Both the position numbers and the translations under genes were made by a program. The notes under the pieces are model-generated. The model ran no database searches and had not been told where the DNA came from. It saw only the letters and a list, made by a program, of their open reading frames with translations. This document shows positions 39,539-52,369 of a stretch of 64,000 nucleotides of DNA, piece after piece. Positions within the stretch are counted from its first letter, which is position 1, and every line of letters begins with the position of its first letter. The DNA is from Mobula birostris (Eukaryota), in assembly GCF_030028105.1 (NCBI RefSeq), contig NC_092377.1, positions 99,516,865 through 99,580,864 of the forward strand, in the 5' to 3' direction.

Positions 39539-40329
39539 CCCATACCATTGACCTGAAATGTTAACTCTTTATTATGCGATTAATGTTAAAACAAAGGGAC
39601 GAGGTTGTCACATAATTACTGAGAATTATGGCACAGGATTGAAATCTCTCCGAACACAGAATGAACGGTATCGGGCCACGAAGAGCGTCATTGTTACATT
39701 AAGGGTCTGGAAATTAAATTTCCATTCTCTGGTGAACACAATAACCCAATCAGAGAGCGGCAAGTGTACCTCAGTTCTGAGGATCGTGTAGTTTTGAGGT
39801 TGTGGGGTGGTCAGTTTTCTCATAGTTTTGAAAACTCTGAAAGGGCTGAGGTCCTGACAAAAACTCTACCCATGTCCCTTAGTTCTCCTTTCCAGTCTCC
39901 TCTCCCCATGTACTAGATCCTCCTGTGGACAGTTTACAATGATGGAAGCAACCTTCCAGAAATGCTTGGTATGGCCATTCCAATCGATTTACCTCTTGTA
40001 TTGGTCACTGCCCCACTCAATATTCACATGGGTATCATCCCTGAGAACTGTAATCTTACTGTGGCCCTCATCATCTGAAGGTTGTTCAATTAAATGGAGC
40101 TGAAAACTGAAAAATGATTACTCCATCTGGCTTGATAATGTCACCTCTAGAATTTTATTGCATAAGAACTGTAAGGTTTTGCATAAGGTTTTATCCACAC
40201 ATGTCAAACCATCTACCGGAGCATAATAGAAAACTGAATCCGCTATTTCTCCCTCAGAATTGAAATGGGTAGCCACCGGGAGATCCCGCTTTGCCATTTT
40301 CAATGGGCGTGGGGTGCATTTGTTCTGTT

Positions 40330-40480
40330 CACATTGTCCAATTAAAAGGTTAGATGGAAACCTACCAATGAAAACTTATTCTACCCGATTCCTTATTAGC
40401 ATAGGGCGGGGCATACTGTCTATTTAATCGGCACTGCGAGTTGGTTCCGCTTATTTTCGACTCCGAAATTGACTGAAGAA
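40330..40480 (+). promoter_or_regulatory. H2B promoter with octamer variant
   Basis: Two CCAAT boxes, CCTTATTAGCAT 40391-40402 (H2B box consensus CCTTATTTGCAT), a GC box, TATTTAA at 40421. Confidence 0.8.
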
Positions 40481-40849
40481 ATGCCTGAACCGAAAGCTTC
40501 CAAGAAGGGCGCGAAGAAAGCCGTGTCCAAAGCGCAAGCCAAGGGCGGCAAGAAACGCAGGAGAACCAGGCGAGAGACTTACTCTATCTACGTCTACAAG
40601 GTAATGAAACAAGTTCATCCCGACACCGGCATCTCCTCGAAGGCCATGAGCATTATGAATTCGTTCGTGAACGATATTTTCGAGCGCATTGCGGGCGAGG
40701 CTTCCCGCCTGGCTCATTATAACAAACGCTCGACCATCACTTCTCGGGAGATCCAGACCGCCGTGCGCCTGTTGCTGCCCGGGGAGCTGGCCAAGCACGC
40801 CGTGTCAGAAGGGACAAAGGCGGTGACCAAGTACACCAGCTCCAAGTGA
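40481..40849 (+). CDS. H2B: Histone H2B, 122 aa
   Basis: [13 protein letters not shown]...[14 protein letters not shown]; ATG at 40481. Confidence 0.98.
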   Translation: MPEPKASKKGAKKAVSKAQAKGGKKRRRTRRETYSIYVYKVMKQVHPDTGISSKAMSIMNSFVNDIFERIAGEASRLAHYNKRSTITSREIQTAVRLLLPGELAKHAVSEGTKAVTKYTSSK

Positions 40850-40879
40850 AGCCGCAGAAAGTGTTGACACAAACCCAAC

Positions 40880-40922
40880 GGCTCTTTTAAGAGCCACTCA
40901 CAATTTCCAGGGAAGAGTTTTA
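40880..40922 (+). terminator. Histone stem-loop and HDE
   Basis: GGCTCTTTTAAGAGCC 40880-40895; GGAAGAGTTTT. Confidence 0.95.
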
Positions 40923-41619
40923 CTAATGTTCGACATTGGATCGCAATCACTTTGTCTTTGAAAGATTTTACTCCCAAAGGTAATTCTAATTCTGTTAATA
41001 TTGAGTAAACCTTACATCACTCCGTACAATCCTTATCGCATCCCTGCTTCAATACACTAACACCGACATTTTGCCCTCTTGCTTCCGTCAGTTTGTCGCG
41101 ATTTTCTCCCACTCAAAATTTTGCACAAAGCATTGAAGTGAAAATGTTTGCTGTGGCTGATGTGATTTAATTGCTGTGAATGCGATGCATTATCTGGAGT
41201 ACCCCTGTGATGGAAAAACCCTGAATCCTCGAGATCACAACAGGTTCACTCGGGTTCCTTTCACACTACAGTCCAACAGTCATTGCTACGATTGTAGGTA
41301 GTGACCCGTCTACAATCTGATGCGTTGTACCTTGTATCCTGTGAATCAGTTTGTACTAGTAGGTTACCAAAGGAATGAAAGTGCAGATTAAAATCAAATA
41401 ATCTCTCGTAAATGAGGATTTTGCACCTTGTTCTTATTGTAAATGAGTGGGGACGCTGTGATGGTGAATCCTGTTCTCGCATCTGCATGTTTTTGGATTA
41501 AACGATAAAAGTATAATCTTGGCGTGCTTTTCACAAACTGGGGATTTAGATCAGTTTGGGGTATCTATGTCTGCTGTTCGCTCGCTGATTTCACCGCTCC
41601 GCGTTGCCCCAGGAAGTTC

Positions 41620-41910
41620 ATGGACGAGCGCGAGATTATCTACTCATTATTGGTAAAATATCTGGTACAAGAAAATCAAAGATTTCGCAAACCACTAGGC
41701 AGAGAATGAGGAATTCCTCTCGCGATCCCCCCCCCCCCCATAGCTTCTGGAGGATTGCGAAAGGACACTTACGATTGGTGGTTCCGCGCCTTCTCTGAAC
41801 GGTAATATAAAATTACCCAATCAGCGAGCTGTCCGGTTCTCCAATGATCAGACGGCGTCAGAGAAGCGCGGAAAACTGTCTCTCCCCACCCGAAATTTGA
41901 AAAGCCCGCC
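41620..41910 (-). pseudogene. Orphan H2A promoter/5' UTR remnant
   Basis: Reverse complement aligns with 30070-30300 (CGTCTGATCATTGGAGAA, ACCAATCGTAA.TGTCCTT, CGCAATCCTCCAGAAGCTAT, TTCCTCATTCTCTGC); no intact CDS follows. Confidence 0.8.
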
Positions 41911-42153
41911 AAAGAAAAAAATAATAATAATTAATTAATCAATAGTCTAAAGCCTAGATCAGTTACAAATCTGTATGATCTCGGATTTCCTGCATAACTA
42001 GTTATTTGATCTCAGTCCACTTCTGTCCATATAGAATGTGAATTAACTGTACCATGACTGACTCTAGGAATTTGTGGTTCTTTGTGAAAACACATCAGAT
42101 AATGGAAAGATCTCTCTTCTCAAACTGAGGATGGAGTACAGAACATTATGAAC

Positions 42154-42278
42154 AGGTCACAAGGAAATCTTCAGATGCTGGAAATTCAAGCAACACACAC
42201 AAAATGCTACAGCAGCCAAGCAGCATCTATGAGAAGAGGTACCTCTTCCTATAGATGCTGCCTGGCCTGCTGCTTTAC
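42154..42278. mobile_element. Miniature fold-back Penelope tail insertion
   Basis: Palindrome centred on GGTACC (42238-42243); ATGAAC at 42148-42153 and 42279-42284. Confidence 0.75.
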
Positions 42279-43218
42279 ATGAACGCGTTACTCTTTTCAA
42301 ACTGTGGCTGGAGTCACAGAAACAGGAGGATGGGTGGTCTCTGCGGAAGACAGAAAGGGATGGGGATCAGAAGATGTGGCTGGTGGTGGTGTCCCACTGC
42401 AGCTGAAGCAGTGACAATTCCTCAACCCCCACAGATGCTGCTCAACCCACCGCTCCTCCAGCAGATTGTTCAGTGCACCAGATTCCAGCATCGGCAGTTT
42501 CTGCAGTCTCAAGTTTCCTTTCTCAAGTGGGTACTAGTAAACTCAATGTGGACGTGGGGTATTAATGCTTTCAGATGGCTTTCTATGACATGCATTGAGT
42601 CAAAGAGCATGGAAACAGGGCCTTCACCAACATGTTCATTCTGTGTTTCCAGTGAGCTTGTCCCACCTGTTCCTGTTTAGCCCATAACCTCAAAATGTCT
42701 CCTTGCCATCTACTTATCTAGATGGTTTTTAAATATTGCTCATGTGCCTGCCTCAACTACTATTTCTGACAGCTCATTCCAAATACAATCCACCTTTTGT
42801 GTGAAGCTGTCTCTGATGTCCCTTAGAAATCTCTGATCTAAAACTAATGCTCTCTTGTTATTAATACCTCTTCCCTGGGAATGCATTTGTACCCTGTGTA
42901 TGCCCCCCCCCAATAATCTTGTATACTTCAATCAGTTCATTCCTTCATCTCCTATGTTCCAGGGAATAAAGTACAAGTCTACAAAACCTCTCCTTGCAGA
43001 GGATGCATAGAGAGAGTAAACCTTGCCACACCACTGGTATGGCCGCAGCTGGAGAACCATGTCCGTGTCTGGTAAAGATGGAACAGCTTGCGATGGATTT
43101 GACTGAACTGGTCACAGCAGTGAGGGATCTAATCACTGCACCAACTGAAACACATTGCCTTTCTCCTTGGTGAATACAGCTGAGAACTATTCACTTCATC
43201 CCTGCCCGCCTCTTCTAG

Positions 43219-44393
43219 TGTCACGTACTCCGTGACGGGAATAACCAGCAGAAATAGAAAACACTTTGGAGTCCAGTATTTCTATTAACTAATAATATTT
43301 ATTAGTAACTATGCAATACAGTAATATAAATATGGATAAATCAAACAGGTTAGCAATTATTATATTTAAGTAAGTAAATCAGTAAGTGTGGAAATATTTG
43401 TGGAAAAGAAGCTTCTTTAAGTCTAGGGGTAAAAAGATACAGTCTGGACAAGGACTCAGAACCTGGGTCTTGACTTGGGCTCGGACCCCGGAACTAGGTG
43501 AGGACATGACTTGGCTACAGTACTGGACGAGGCTTGGGTTCTTCGAGGCGAGGATGTGATGAGGCATGGGTTTGTCTCCAATCTAGAGATTGGACAAAGA
43601 CCCAGAACCTGGGTCTTCACTCAGGCTCGGACTCCGGAACTAGGCAAAGACATGATGGGGTCTTGGGAGACAGGAACCTCAGAGCCTTGGACGAGGACTG
43701 GGCACTCGGAGCCTTGGACGAGGACTGGATGCTTGGAGCCTTGGTCTAGAGCATGGGAACACAGAGCACTGGACTTGAGAGACAGGAACATGGAACACAG
43801 AGCCGGGACCCCTCCTTAGGAATAGGATGTAGGGCCAGGACTCATACACAGGATGCTGAATACGACAAGTTGGTTCCCAACACTAGGTAGCGGCAAACGG
43901 CCGGACCTACCTAGAGAAGGTGAGGACACACAGACGGTTCCCAACATTAGGTAGCGGCAAACAGCCAGACCAGCCTAGCGAGGGCGTGGACACAGAGACA
44001 GTTCCAACTCAACGATAGACAGTTCCTTATCTTGGCACAGCAAGGCTCTGGTCTTGCTCTGGTGGTAGAACTTGACAAGGTTGCAGGCAAGGCTCCAGAC
44101 ACAGGTTGCAGGCAAGGCTTCAGAAGGAAGGGGAAGGGAAGGGAACAGTCCAGCCTCAGGGTAACAGCAAAGATGGCCTGGCTTACCCAGTGGAGGCAAG
44201 GATGGGATACTGACGAGATAAACCAGCACCCACACTCGAACCCAGGGCCACTTATATCCCCAGCCCCAAGATGAGCATCAGGTGCCTATGATTAAGCCCA
44301 AATAAAACAAGGGACAGCTGGAAGACCTGGAGTCTGGAGTCCAAGGACCAGACCGTGGACTGGAACACGGACTTCATGGACTGGACCATGACA
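43219..44393 (-). mobile_element. Chimeric LTR (two families joined near 43444)
   Basis: Left part resembles the LTR at 45088; right part resembles 58109-59706; TG..CA ends, flanks do not match. Confidence 0.65.
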
Positions 44394-44394
44394 G

Positions 44395-45020
44395 CGGGGA
44401 CTACAGCAAATACGTCAAACTGGGAGAAAACTAACCACACAGATCCATGAACATGAACTGGCTGCCTGTCTCTACCCATGAAGAACAAAAAGGGCACAAA
44501 TTCGACAGGGCATCAGTGAACATCATGGTGCAAGTAAACACATGGCATGCAAGAGAATTCCTAGAAGCATGGTAAACAAACCTGTAGACCTCAATCCTAT
44601 TTATGAGCCAATGCAGGCAAAATGCCAGACCACAATGCACGGAATTTGTAAAACAACCAATCAGCAACCAGGTTTCCTCTCCATAACTCAAGTAAGTTTC
44701 TGAAATGATAACTGACCAGCTGACTGATAAGTATATAAAGACCAGGCATTCGGATGACACACCACATTTTACAGCTCACTAACGATGTCCCCTTGTATGG
44801 TGAAAAGTTTGTAAGTAAATTGCCAATATCGGAGAACAACCCAACCCAATTCATTAATGTTTATATTATTAACATTTATTGAGCACTCCCTTAATCTTGG
44901 TTGCCACTGTTAATTTGTGACTTGTCTTTGCCCTTTGAATTTCTCTACCCATGAAGAAGAGGAGCACAAATTTGACTGGGCATCTGCCAAAGTCATGGCA
45001 CAAGCAAACACGTGGCATGT
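44395..45020 (+). mobile_element. Fragment of a second Penelope family
   Basis: QTGRKLTTQIHEH..HEEQKGHKFD..WHAREFLEAW; partial tandem copy at 44940-45020; decayed hammerhead near 44775-44815. Confidence 0.7.
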
Positions 45021-45087
45021 AAACTCTGCAAATCTCTACACTGCTGAAGGGTCTCCCTATTCTTCAATGCTCTTTCCCTGTCGCATC

Positions 45088-45917
45088 TGTTACATACCCC
45101 GTAACTGGGTTGCCAAACTAGCAGAAATGGACCACTTAGCTGGAGTCTGGATTACTGGAACTAAGAAAGTTTTATTAAAGAAATAAGTAACACAGTACTC
45201 TAAATGTAAGGATATAAATGCAACGGGTTAGCAATGATAAAACACGTACACAGAACTATGATAATAAGATCAATCAAGCTCTATCGCAGTCTAGGGGTAA
45301 AATGATCAGTCTCAAGTGACACAGAGTTCAGTTCAGTTTAGTTCAGTTCACAGTAATCGCTGTTGTGCCATGGGGGGAGAGAGAGAGAGAGGGAATGATG
45401 ATATTCAAATCGGATTCAACACCTTTGATATTCCTCGCAGTTAGCTTTCAGGCGAGCCCGTTGTAATGTCTTCTGAGGTCACCGACTGTGACCCCTCCAT
45501 TCCGGATACAATCGTTCTTCTGCGGTGAACCCGGCACCCAGGCAAGGGCGGACACACACAGCAGGTTCCCGCTGATCGTACCTTTTCACCCTGTGCGTCT
45601 ATGGTCGGTCCTGCGATGCAACCTCCAAAACTCCCACCAACTTGTGGGGGGGGCACCGCACTTCCAGGGTCTCGTTACCTCGTCGTGTCATGGTGTGTCT
45701 GTTGCCTTAGCAAACCTGTGCCTTTTATCCCCCTGCTGGGGTATCGCCTGTCCATCAAACTTCAAACAGTTCAAGTTCAAAGCAACCGGTCTCTGACAAT
45801 ACTCGGAACTGTGTCTCCTTTCGTTAATCTCTCTCGTCTCCCATTAACATTTCTGAATGTTCCCCCATTGTCTTTCTTATCGGCCTCAATCTTCTGATAA
45901 CTTGGTATTTTGTCACA
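45088..45917 (-). mobile_element. Solo LTR with 4-bp TSD
   Basis: TGTTACA...TGTCACA termini; CATC on both sides. Confidence 0.85.
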
Positions 45918-45921
45918 CATC

Positions 45922-46290
45922 ATCATTATCATTATGTGCTGTTTCGTATGATGTTGGTGATCATGGTCTTCCATCTCTTTAATCTGAATATATTCTTATT
46001 CTTTTCTCTATCCATGATCATGATTGTTCTTGGCAAATTTTTTCACAGAAGTGGTTTGCGATTGACTTCTTTTGAGTTGTAACTTTACAAGACAGTAACC
46101 CTAGCAATTATTAATACTTTTCAGAGGCTGTCTACCTGGCATCAGTGATATGCACCAGCTGCTCATATGACCATCTACCACCTGTGCCCATGGCTTCATG
46201 TGACCCTGATTGGGGTGATAAGCAGGTGTAACCTTGCTCAAGGGGGATCTGAGGCGAGTGGAGAGAAGGAACATCTTGCATTCCTTCCCA
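45922..46290 (-). mobile_element. RTE-related SINE/tail fragment
   Basis: (CAT)n tail and CAGAAGTGGTTTGC.ATTG.CTTCTT motif recalled from RTE-type SINEs. Confidence 0.5.
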
Positions 46291-46664
46291 TCGCCCATTA
46301 TCTACCACATGCTTCTTATTATTTCAGTGGCACCTCAACACCACTTCACATCCAGGAACCCCTGAATCTGCCAAAATTGCTCATCACGCTCCCAAAAATA
46401 CAATTTAAAAAAAACTGAGGTGCAAGGGGACTGGGAGTCCTTGTGCAGGATATCCTAAAGGTTAACTTGTAGGTTGAGTCAATGTTAAGGAAGGCAAATA
46501 CAATCAATGTTAGCATTTTATTTGAGAGGACGAGAATATAACAGCAAGGATGTAATGCAAAGGCTTTGAGTCAGTGGTATTATGAACACTCATGGTCCTC
46601 ATATTTCAGAAAAGATGTGCTGGCATTGGAGGGGGTCCAGTGGAATGATTCTGGTAATGAAAGG

Positions 46665-47215
46665 TGGGGACCAACACCCCTCTTGTGAGGAGGCTCATGG
46701 AGGCCTGCAAGGAGAAGGCTGGGGAGAGCTTTCTGGGAACATTGTCCATGCACCCGGTGTTTCGAGCTGCTTTTGAGGAAGTGCGCGGCTGCATTGGGCC
46801 GGATACCAAATTTAAACAAGGGACTGCGTGGCTCACCCAGTCGAAGCCACTGGTGGTCCGGCCTGGGGAAGTAGGAAGAGTGATGGGAACCCCCAGATCT
46901 CCTGGTGTGCCTGAGGGCAAGGCCCCCTTAGTGGACGCTCCAGAAGACCTCGAAGGGGAGTTGGGATTTCCTGCTGGGATACTGGTGAGGCCCAAATTGC
47001 AGAAACCCTCGGTTGTACAGGCAAGCAGGATGGCAGTGGTTGTCAGGAACACTACAAAGAGGGAGGTCACTTTCAGGCGGGGGATGCCCCTGGCGCATCT
47101 GTTCCTGGTGACAGATATGTCTAGTGTCCCTATGAGACAAGCCAGCGAGAAACTGTTGGAAAAAGGAGGAAAGTTGACCTCTGATTCATTCAACTTCAGG
47201 GATTCCCTGGTTCTT
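46665..47215 (+). mobile_element. Gypsy-like internal fragment (post-protease region)
   Basis: Open frame GTNTPLVRRL..VVVRNTTKREVTFRRGMPLAHL..FNFRDS; abuts a CR1 remnant. Confidence 0.55.
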
Positions 47216-47939
47216 TGTAACCGGGCAACACATCACGCAGCATCCACACAAATGAGGTTTCTTAGTTTGGCGGAGCTAGAAGCTGTCTTCCCCTAGACAA
47301 AGACATGCAGGCTGAGCCCGAGGGTTGCATATAAAATTTTCTTGAATCTTCCTCATGACTTTTCAATTTCCTTTTTGGCCATCTTAATTCCCTCGAGCTC
47401 TCGGAGCAAAGAACAATACAGGCTATTTGACCCATGATATTGTGCTAACCAGGATGTCAATTTATACTACGTGTCTCCCTTCTGTATATCATCCATATCC
47501 CCCCCAGTCCCTTCATATTCACGTGTCCATCTAAAAGCCTTTTAAACTCCAGCAAACTGTCTGTTTCCATTAGTAGCTAACCTTAAAGCATGTCCTCTGG
47601 TGTTTGACATTTCTACCATGGGGAAAAGATTCCAATGATCTAACCCCATCTATTCCTCTCATAATTTTAAAAACCTCTGTTGGTTCCTTCCGCTGCCTCT
47701 GATATTCTATGAAAAACATAAGTCTGTCCAACATTTACATTGGGCTCCTTTACTCTAACCCAGGTAGAGTCCTGGTGAACTTCTTCTGCACCCTTTCCGG
47801 AGCATCCTATACTGGCACAACCAGAACTGCACACGACACTCTAGTGTTGTCTGATTCAAGTTTTACAGAGGTGCAGTTTGACTTCCTTACTGTTGTATTC
47901 AGCACCCCCGCTAGTGTAAACAATGCAGTGTGCAGTGAG

Positions 47940-49830
47940 ACTGTGAGAAAGGACAGGATGATGGGGCAAAATTGAAAAGTGTTATGAATACAGGACTGGA
48001 TGTGGTAGATTTGAATGCTCACAGTATATGGAATGTTAGATGATCTTGTTGCAAAGTTAGAGGTCGGCGTCTTTGAGTCATGGCTGAAAGAAGATCATAA
48101 TTGGCAGCTTAGCATCCAAGGATACACATTGTATTGAAAGTTCGGAGAGGGAGTGGGCTGTCTCTGTTGGTGAAAAATGAAATCAAATGTTAGAAAGAGG
48201 TGATATGGGTTCAGAAGACGTAGAATGCTTGTGTGTAGAGTTAAGAAATTGCAAGGGTAAAAAGACCCTAATGGGATTTATATACAGGACTCCAAATGGT
48301 AACCAGGATGTGGGATACAAATTATAATGGGATATGGAAAAGGCATGTAAAAAAGGGCAATGTTATGATAGTCTGGGGGATTTCAGTATGCAAGTAGATT
48401 GGGAAAATCAATTTGATGCTGGATCTTGAGAGGGAATTTGCAGAATGCCTACAAGATTGCTATTTAGAGCAGCTCATGGTTGAGCCTACTTGGGGAAAGG
48501 CAATTCTGGATTGGATGATCTGTGATGAACCAGATAGGATTATGGAGTTCAAGGTAAGCGAACCCTTTGGAGATAGTAATCTTTATATGATAGAATTCAT
48601 TCTGCAATTTCAAAGGGATAAGATAAAGTCAGATGTATCATTATTACTGTAGTGCTAGGGAAATTACAGAGGCATGAGAGAGGAACCAGCTTAAAGTTGA
48701 TTGAAAGAAGAATGACAACAGAACAGCAAAGACTGGAGTTTCTGGGGGCATGTTGGAAGGCAGAAGATTGATACATACCAAAGATGAAGTGGTATTCTAA
48801 AGGGATGATGAAGTAACTATGGCTGACAAAGGAAATCAAGGACAGCATAAAGCAAAAGAGAGAGCAGATAATATAGAAAAAATTGTAGGAAATTAAAGAT
48901 TGGGAAGCTTTCAAAAACAAACAGAAGGAAACTAAAAAAAAACATAGAAAAGAAAAGATTAAGTATGAAGGTAAATACTATGAATAGGATACCAAGACAT
49001 TTCTCAGATATATAGAGTAAAAGAGGGAGGAGAGTGGATATCAGACAACTGGAAAATTATGCTGGAGAGATAGTAATGGGGGACAAAAATACCAAATTAA
49101 CTTAATAATGCGTCAGACTTCACTGTGGATGATACTAGTAACATGCCAGAATTTCGAGTGTCATGGGACAGAAGTGTGCATTCATTAGATTCTGGAATGG
49201 TTTAGAAGGACTGGAAAATTGCAAACATCCCTCCACTCTTTGGAAAGGTAAAAGGCAGAGGAAAGGAAATTACAGGCCAATTAACCACACTTCAGTGGTA
49301 GTGAAGGTGTTGGATTCCATTACTAAGGATGAGGCTTCGAGGTCAAGTTAGCATGATTTCTTGCAAGGGAAGTCTGTTGGAATTCTTTGAGGAAATAACA
49401 GACAGGATTTTCGGAAGGCCTTGGACAAGGTGCCACTCATGAGGCTGCTTAACAAGTTGTAAGTCCATGGTAATACAAGAACGATCGTAGGACGATTGGC
49501 TGACTGGCAGGAGGCAAAGAGGAGGAATATGGGGGGCGGGTGGCCTTTTCTCGTTGACTGCCTGACACGTGTCAGTGTTCGGACCGCTTCTTTTTACATT
49601 ACATGTTAATAATTTGGACGATGGAATTGGCGGCTTTGTGGTCAGGTTTGTGGATATGAAGCTTGGTGGTGTTACAGGGAGTGTTGTTGAGGCAGGGTGT
49701 CTGCAGAAGGACTGAGACAGATTGGGAGAATGGTCAAAGAATGGCAGCCGGAAAGTAGTGGAGGCCATGCACTCTGGTAGAAGAAATAAAAGCTTCCAGT
49801 AATTTTCAACGGGGGGAATACCCAAAACTC
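47940..49830 (+). mobile_element. Old CR1 ORF2 remnant
   Basis: EQLMVEPTWGKAILDW, GNYRPINHTSVV; heavily deleted. Confidence 0.85.
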
Positions 49831-49874
49831 AAACTACCTCCCCACCCCCAGTCAGCTGCCAACTGATGAAGGAA

Positions 49875-50446
<572 letters not shown>

Positions 50447-50475
50447 ATCCGGCCTCGGCACCAAGCACAACAAAA

Positions 50476-50519
50476 GGCTCTTTTAAGAGCCACTAACTCA
50501 GCAGTGGAAAGGGCTGTCA
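50476..50519 (+). terminator. Histone stem-loop and HDE
   Basis: GGCTCTTTTAAGAGCC 50476-50491; GAAAGGGCTGTCA. Confidence 0.95.
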
Positions 50520-51159
50520 TTTCCTATTCACTCACCTTTTGTGGTTACGACACGCTGATTTCCTCTGACCCTCCCTTGTGGGTGTTTTGTGTAATATTGT
50601 TCAATAATTCATCCCGGTTTGTTACAGACTCCAACACGGCCGGACCCACCAACACTGAGAATCAGCAGTTCTGTGCCGTTGGGTTAAAGGCAGCGCGAAC
50701 ACCAGAGATAAACTTTTCCCTCGCTGTCAGGATGTCTCTGTCCCCAGACCCCTGCCGTGAACAGCAGGTTGTTTTTGGGGAAGGTTTCCAGGGTTTTGTG
50801 GTTGTTACTGTTACGGGGAATGAGCTTTAATAAATGTAGCCTTCGAGTCCCATTTCTAGTCGAGCCCATAATTGGTTCACGGGGACACGTTAGTCTGCAG
50901 ACACTGGAATTCCTGTTCTTTCAGAGAACAACTTCTTTTTCACGTTGCAAACTCGTCTTCGACCGCAGTTTGAGAGACCAGTGATGTTTATACACCAGCC
51001 GACCGCGAATATAAACTGGATCGGAGTTTGGAAACTAAATGACCAGAAACATTCAAACTGCTGAGCTAAATAATACTTAGGCTGTTACTGTAAAATAAAT
51101 CTTGAGCTAGTTAATGGATCAATGCATATTTTTGTAGACTAGGGTTCAATAAACAACCC

Positions 51160-51330
51160 TTTCGTGGGCTTTTCAAATTTCAGGTCATACTGGGAAGAGG
51201 TACCTTCGGCGCTTCTCTTGCCGCTCTCTGATTGGGTTATTGCGTTCAACATAAGAGATTGGATATTAATCGCCAGACCCTTAATTTAATATCGGCGCTC
51301 TTCATAACCCGATACCGTTCATTCTGTGTT
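51160..51330 (+). promoter_or_regulatory. Gene-less histone-promoter-like module between convergent H3 and H4
   Basis: GGGCTTTTCAAATTTC, CGCTTCTCTTGCCG, CTCTCTGATTGGGTTATT (as at 30156-30173), ATTGG, TTTAATAT, CATTCT. Confidence 0.6.
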
Positions 51331-51431
51331 CGGAGTGATTTCAATCCCGTAGTGTAATTGTCAGTAATCACCTGACAATTTCGTTTCTTTGTTTTAAATT
51401 TAGTCGCATAATAAAGAGTTAATGGTATGGG

Positions 51432-51490
51432 ACCTGCTCTCCCCGGTCACTGCTCTCTCCGTGAGGCGGTGGGCGGCTCTTAGAAGAGCC
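51432..51490 (-). terminator. Histone stem-loop with two tandem HDE-like motifs
   Basis: GGCTCTTCTAAGAGCC 51490-51475; GGAGAGAGCAG-TGACC-GGGGAGAGCAG. Confidence 0.93.
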
Positions 51491-51522
51491 TTTGTTTTGT
51501 GTTTGGAAGAACGAAGAGTTCC

Positions 51523-51843
<321 letters not shown>

Positions 51844-51925
51844 TCACTCCAGTCGTTGTTCAGTAACAAACTGTGTGCTGGTGTCACCTTTTATACCCAG
51901 CGCCCCGACCTGTCCGAGAAACGCG

Positions 51926-51949
51926 TGGGGGGGGGGGTGAGGAGGGGGG

Positions 51950-51988
<39 letters not shown>

Positions 51989-52001
51989 GGGGGAGGGGTG
52001 G
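51926..52001. repeat. Poly-G and (GA)n tract in the H4 promoter
   Basis: Two long G runs, a GA microsatellite, then GGGGAGGGGTGG. Confidence 0.9.
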
Positions 52002-52369
52002 AGACAGTCATTGATAGACAGAGTAGAGGGCGGCTTCTCATCTTCATGATCCGCAATCGCTAGTTTCCAACGGTTTGGCCGCATCGGAACAAAAACTCAG
52101 CGCCCCGGAAAAAAAACAACAGATGCACAGATCCGATATCGAAGGTCGGTATGTAACATTACCGCCTAAAGCCCTGGATAAATGATGCAATCCATTCAAA
52201 TTTCTGCTCAACGTTCCGAAAATTAACCGATGATATTCTGGAAAAAGAATAAAGACCAGAGTTCTGAAATTGAAGTAAAATACAGCTCAGGCAGCTTCCC
52301 TGGTCAGAAAAACAGAGATAACGTTTCAGGCAGGAACCTCTTCATCAGATAACATTCTGCTATCTTTCA

